Shown piece after piece: positions 60,842-64,000 of a stretch of 64,000 bases of DNA. The position numbers and the translations under genes were made by a program. The stretch comes from Centroscyllium fabricii (taxonomy: Eukaryota). Every line of letters begins with the position of its first letter. The stretch's first letter is position 1. The stretch covers positions 28,024,001 to 28,088,000 of the forward strand of contig JBNRSN020000012.1 in the NCBI GenBank assembly GCA_051313645.2, written 5' to 3'. Under the pieces are notes generated by a model, which searched no databases, was not told the DNA's origin, and was given only the letters and a program-made list of their open reading frames with translations.

Positions 60842-61630
60842 CAGATGCAACACCTGCCCTTACACCTCCCCCGTTCCCATGGTCCAGGGCCCCAAACACC
60901 CCTTCCAGGCCAAACAGCGATTTACTTGTGCTTCTTGCAATCTAGTATACTGTATTCGCTGCTCACGATGCGGTCTCCTCTACACTGGGGAGACCAAACG
61001 CAGATTGGGTGACCGCTTTGCGGAACACCTCCGTTCAGTCCGCAAGGGGGACCCCGAACTCCCGGTCGCCTGTCACTTTAATTCTCTGCCTCACTCCCAC
61101 TCTGATCTCTCTGTCCTTGGCCTAGTACATTGTTCCTCAGAAGCTCAACGTAAACTCGAGGAACAACACCTCATCTTCCGATTAGGCACTTTACAGCCCT
61201 CCGGACTTGACATCGAGTTCAACAATTTCAGATCATAACTCCGGTTCCCATTATATATTTTTACCTCTTTTTATCCTGCTGAGTTTTTCCAGCATTTTCT
61301 GATGTTTATTTGGCCTTTCTTTTCTCTATCGTGGCAGCCACCTCTGTTCTGCCAGAGTTTTTCACACCTAATCTACTACAGGTACTGTCTCCTGTCCACA
61401 GAATCTCGTCTAAGTATTTTCTCTTTGTGCTGTCTTTCCTTGTTCCTTTCCCCCTCCCCACCCGCCTTCCTGCTTGTATTTCATTCCCCTACTTTAGTTT
61501 TGATAAAGGATCTGAACCCGAAATGTCAACTCTATTTCTTTCCACCGATGCTGCCTGAATGAACTGCTGAGTTTTTCCAGCATTTTCTGTTGTTATTTTG
61601 GATTTCCAGCATCTGCAGTATTTTGCTATT
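60842..61630 (+). mobile_element. PLE GIY-YIG endonuclease fragment + UTR, inserted in an L2 3' fragment (60580-61745)
   Basis: RCNTC...FTCASCNLVYCIRCSRCGLLYTGETKRRLGDRFAEH...GLDIEFNNFRS*. Confidence 0.85.
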
Positions 61631-62679
61631 GTACAAGCTTTTGGCCACCTTTGGCTTGGTGTCAATTCTTGACTGATTACACCCATTGAAGTGCCGTGGG
61701 AAGTTTTACTACATTAAAGGCGCTATATAAATGCAAATTGTTCTCGTTATTGTGTTGTATCTTGGGAAGATGTTCCACACATAATTTCTGCCTCCTCGCT
61801 CCCGCTCTGCAGCAATTTTAGAGCATGTACTATCGGAGCTAAGGAGCATTGAAAGATGCCAATAACGCTATATATATCTATCTTTAACGTTATCCAGCAA
61901 TTCAGTAAAACACCTTTCTCCTTCAATGCAGAAGTTACGAGGATTAATTTTGGTCGGTCCCACCAGTGGTTTGGGGCCTTGTAAAATTTATCCTGCCGCG
62001 CGACTAATGTGGTAAAGGTTTGCCGAATGATTGAGGCGTGTGTTATTTCCGTCTTTTTTTTGGATCAATTCACCTGCCCAAGAGCTCCCCGGTGAGACGA
62101 TGGCCTCCCCGCCCCCTTGTGAGTGGTAGCACCCAGCTAGCCAGTGAAGTAGAATCATTTGACATCATCAGACATCACCATAGAAACATAGAAGATAGGA
62201 GCAGGAGTAGGCCATTCGGCCCCTCGAGCCTGTCCCACCATTTAATGAGATCATGGCTGATCATCCAAATTCAGTACCCTCCCCCATCCCAAAGTAACGG
62301 TGCATCTGAGAAACTGAATGACGTTTAGTTCTACTTCAATGTATGGAATTGTGGACGACCTGTGCAATTGTGATGCTAGAGACTTGCTAAACGGAGCCGG
62401 AATCTCCAAGTACCAGTGAGTAGTTTCTAAGAGTGAATCTATGGCAGTGAAGGATTTACACAACTCTTTCTTTTTTTTTTTAGAGAGCCAGGGCTTTGAG
62501 GAGCTACAGCTTTAACGAACGCGCTCCGTGAGAAAAACGTTTTCTGTGCACTTGTCTTTTAGCTGCATTTTGTTGGCGCCATCACTTAACGTGACTTCCT
62601 CTCTGAGGCAGATGCCCTTTTACCTCATGGTGTCAGCCGTGGCTCAGTGGGGAGCTCTCATGCCTCTGAGTCAGAAGGT

Positions 62680-63020
62680 TGTAGTGATAGATAAAAACAT
62701 GCCATTCTATAATTGTCCACTAGATGGAGCTGCATGTAATATAGTGAACTAAATCAATTGAGTTGTTTCTTGTTTAAACGTATTGTGTTCACATTAATGT
62801 TTAGACATATAAATTATGAACAGCTAGTTTTAAACTAGTCATTTATTTAGATGATACAGAGCTCACAATTCACAGTATTGTAGACTGGCATCCATGTTTA
62901 ACAACCAACAAGTGCAGTAGAGTTTAAACAAGAAACAACTCTATTGATTTAGTTCACTACATTACATGCAGCTCCATCTAGTGGACATTCTAGAATGACA
63001 TGTTTTTATATATCACTACA
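62680..63020. mobile_element. AT-rich MITE with ~100-bp TIRs and TGT...ACA ends (Ginger-like)
   Basis: Arms 62680-62779 / 62922-63020; imperfect 5-bp TSD aaggt / gaggt. Confidence 0.7.
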
Positions 63021-63190
63021 GAGGTTGTGGGTTCAAGTCCCACTCCAAAGCCTCGAGCCACAATCTCGGCTGCCACTCCTGGTGCTGTACTGTCAAAGGT
63101 ACGGTTTTTTGGATGAGTAGTTAAACCGAGGCCCCGTAAAAACAGGGGAGTCGTATAGTGCCACTATTTTTGAAGAAGAGCAGGGAGTTC

Positions 63191-63560
63191 TCAACTCAAT
63201 TCAATTTAATTCAATTCAATTCAATTCAATTTATTGTCATTGTAAAGCGAACATACACAATACAACGAAATGCAAACACGCAATCTCCCCAGATATTAAA
63301 ATGTCCTCTAGTCCTAGACAGATCTCTTCCATCCCACCAGGACGACCCGGCGCTCCGGACACGACGGCCTCGATGCTCCAGGTGCCCCGGCCACTCAGGC
63401 CCCGGAGGTCCCGGCACTCAGGCCACGCAGGTCCCGGCACTCAGGCCACGCAGGTCCCGGCACTCAGGCCCCGCAGGACCCGGCACTTAGGCCACGCGGG
63501 TCCCGGCACTCAGGCCACACAGGTCCCGGCACTCAGGCCACGCAGGTCCCGGCCCTCAGG
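63191..63560 (-). mobile_element. Retroposon with a Rex/Babar-like (TTGAA)n tail and a 23-bp tandem array
   Basis: tttattgtcattg...atacaacgaaatg tail as at 4075-4120; unit ggccacgcaggtcccggcactca repeated about 7-8 times (63385-63560). Confidence 0.65.
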
Positions 63561-64000
63561 CATCACTAAAAACAGATTATCTGGTCATTATCACATTGCT
63601 GTTTGTGGGAGCTTGCTGTGCGTATATTGGCTTCCGCATTTCCTACATTACAACAGTGACTACACTTCAAAAAGTATTTAATTGGCTGTAAAGCACTTTG
63701 GAACGTCCTGAGGCTGTTACAGGTGCTTTATAAATGCAAGTCTTTATTATTTTTCTTTATTTTTATTTTGGTTTGCTTCAAATCACAACTGAGGCCAAAG
63801 TCCGCAATTTCCTTTTATACAACCCACTGCCGTGCTTTAGTCCAATGCAGCCATCCTCCTGCATTTAAAATTGCACACAGGCAATGGAAGGACAAATGGC
63901 AGCTGCCTTTAATGCCACAAATCATTGTAATGCCTGCGGTTTTTAACCCCTTGAAGTCCACGGAAGTATTGGGGGGGATTTTGCCGGAAGGGCAGGAACC

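Larger units (their letters stand above)
62630..63750 (+). mobile_element. DeuSINE carrying two insertions
   Basis: Head 62630-62679, continuing 63021-63190 and 63561-63750. Confidence 0.75.

Overview
Repeat-rich cartilaginous-fish (shark-like) genomic DNA, judged from HE1-type V-SINEs, DeuSINE/SacSINE1-like SINEs and HER1/CR1 LINEs. The window lies inside a + strand Hippo-pathway co-activator gene, best read as WWTR1/TAZ. Two coding exons are visible: 43348-43472 (end of WW1 plus a TAZ-type linker) and 59349-59462 (a 114-nt symmetric exon encoding a second WW domain, which canonical mammalian TAZ lacks). Everything else appears intronic and is dominated by nested transposable elements: CR1 (one with a nearly intact ORF2), Rex1/Babar, L2, Penelope-like elements with hammerhead-like cores, solo LTRs, and Tc1/pogo-, Harbinger-, hAT- and Ginger-like MITEs. 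There is also a 21-bp minisatellite and a 243-N assembly gap. The most unusual items are (1) a TA-flanked MITE family with exchangeable interiors, one copy carrying an open MAM-domain coding fragment, (2) a composite tRNA-His + 5S rRNA + Rex/Babar-tail retroposon, and (3) two different MITE families inserted exactly at the predicted hammerhead cleavage triplet of Penelope-like elements. All family names come from motif recognition by eye; no database searches were run and TE boundaries without stated TSDs are approximate.
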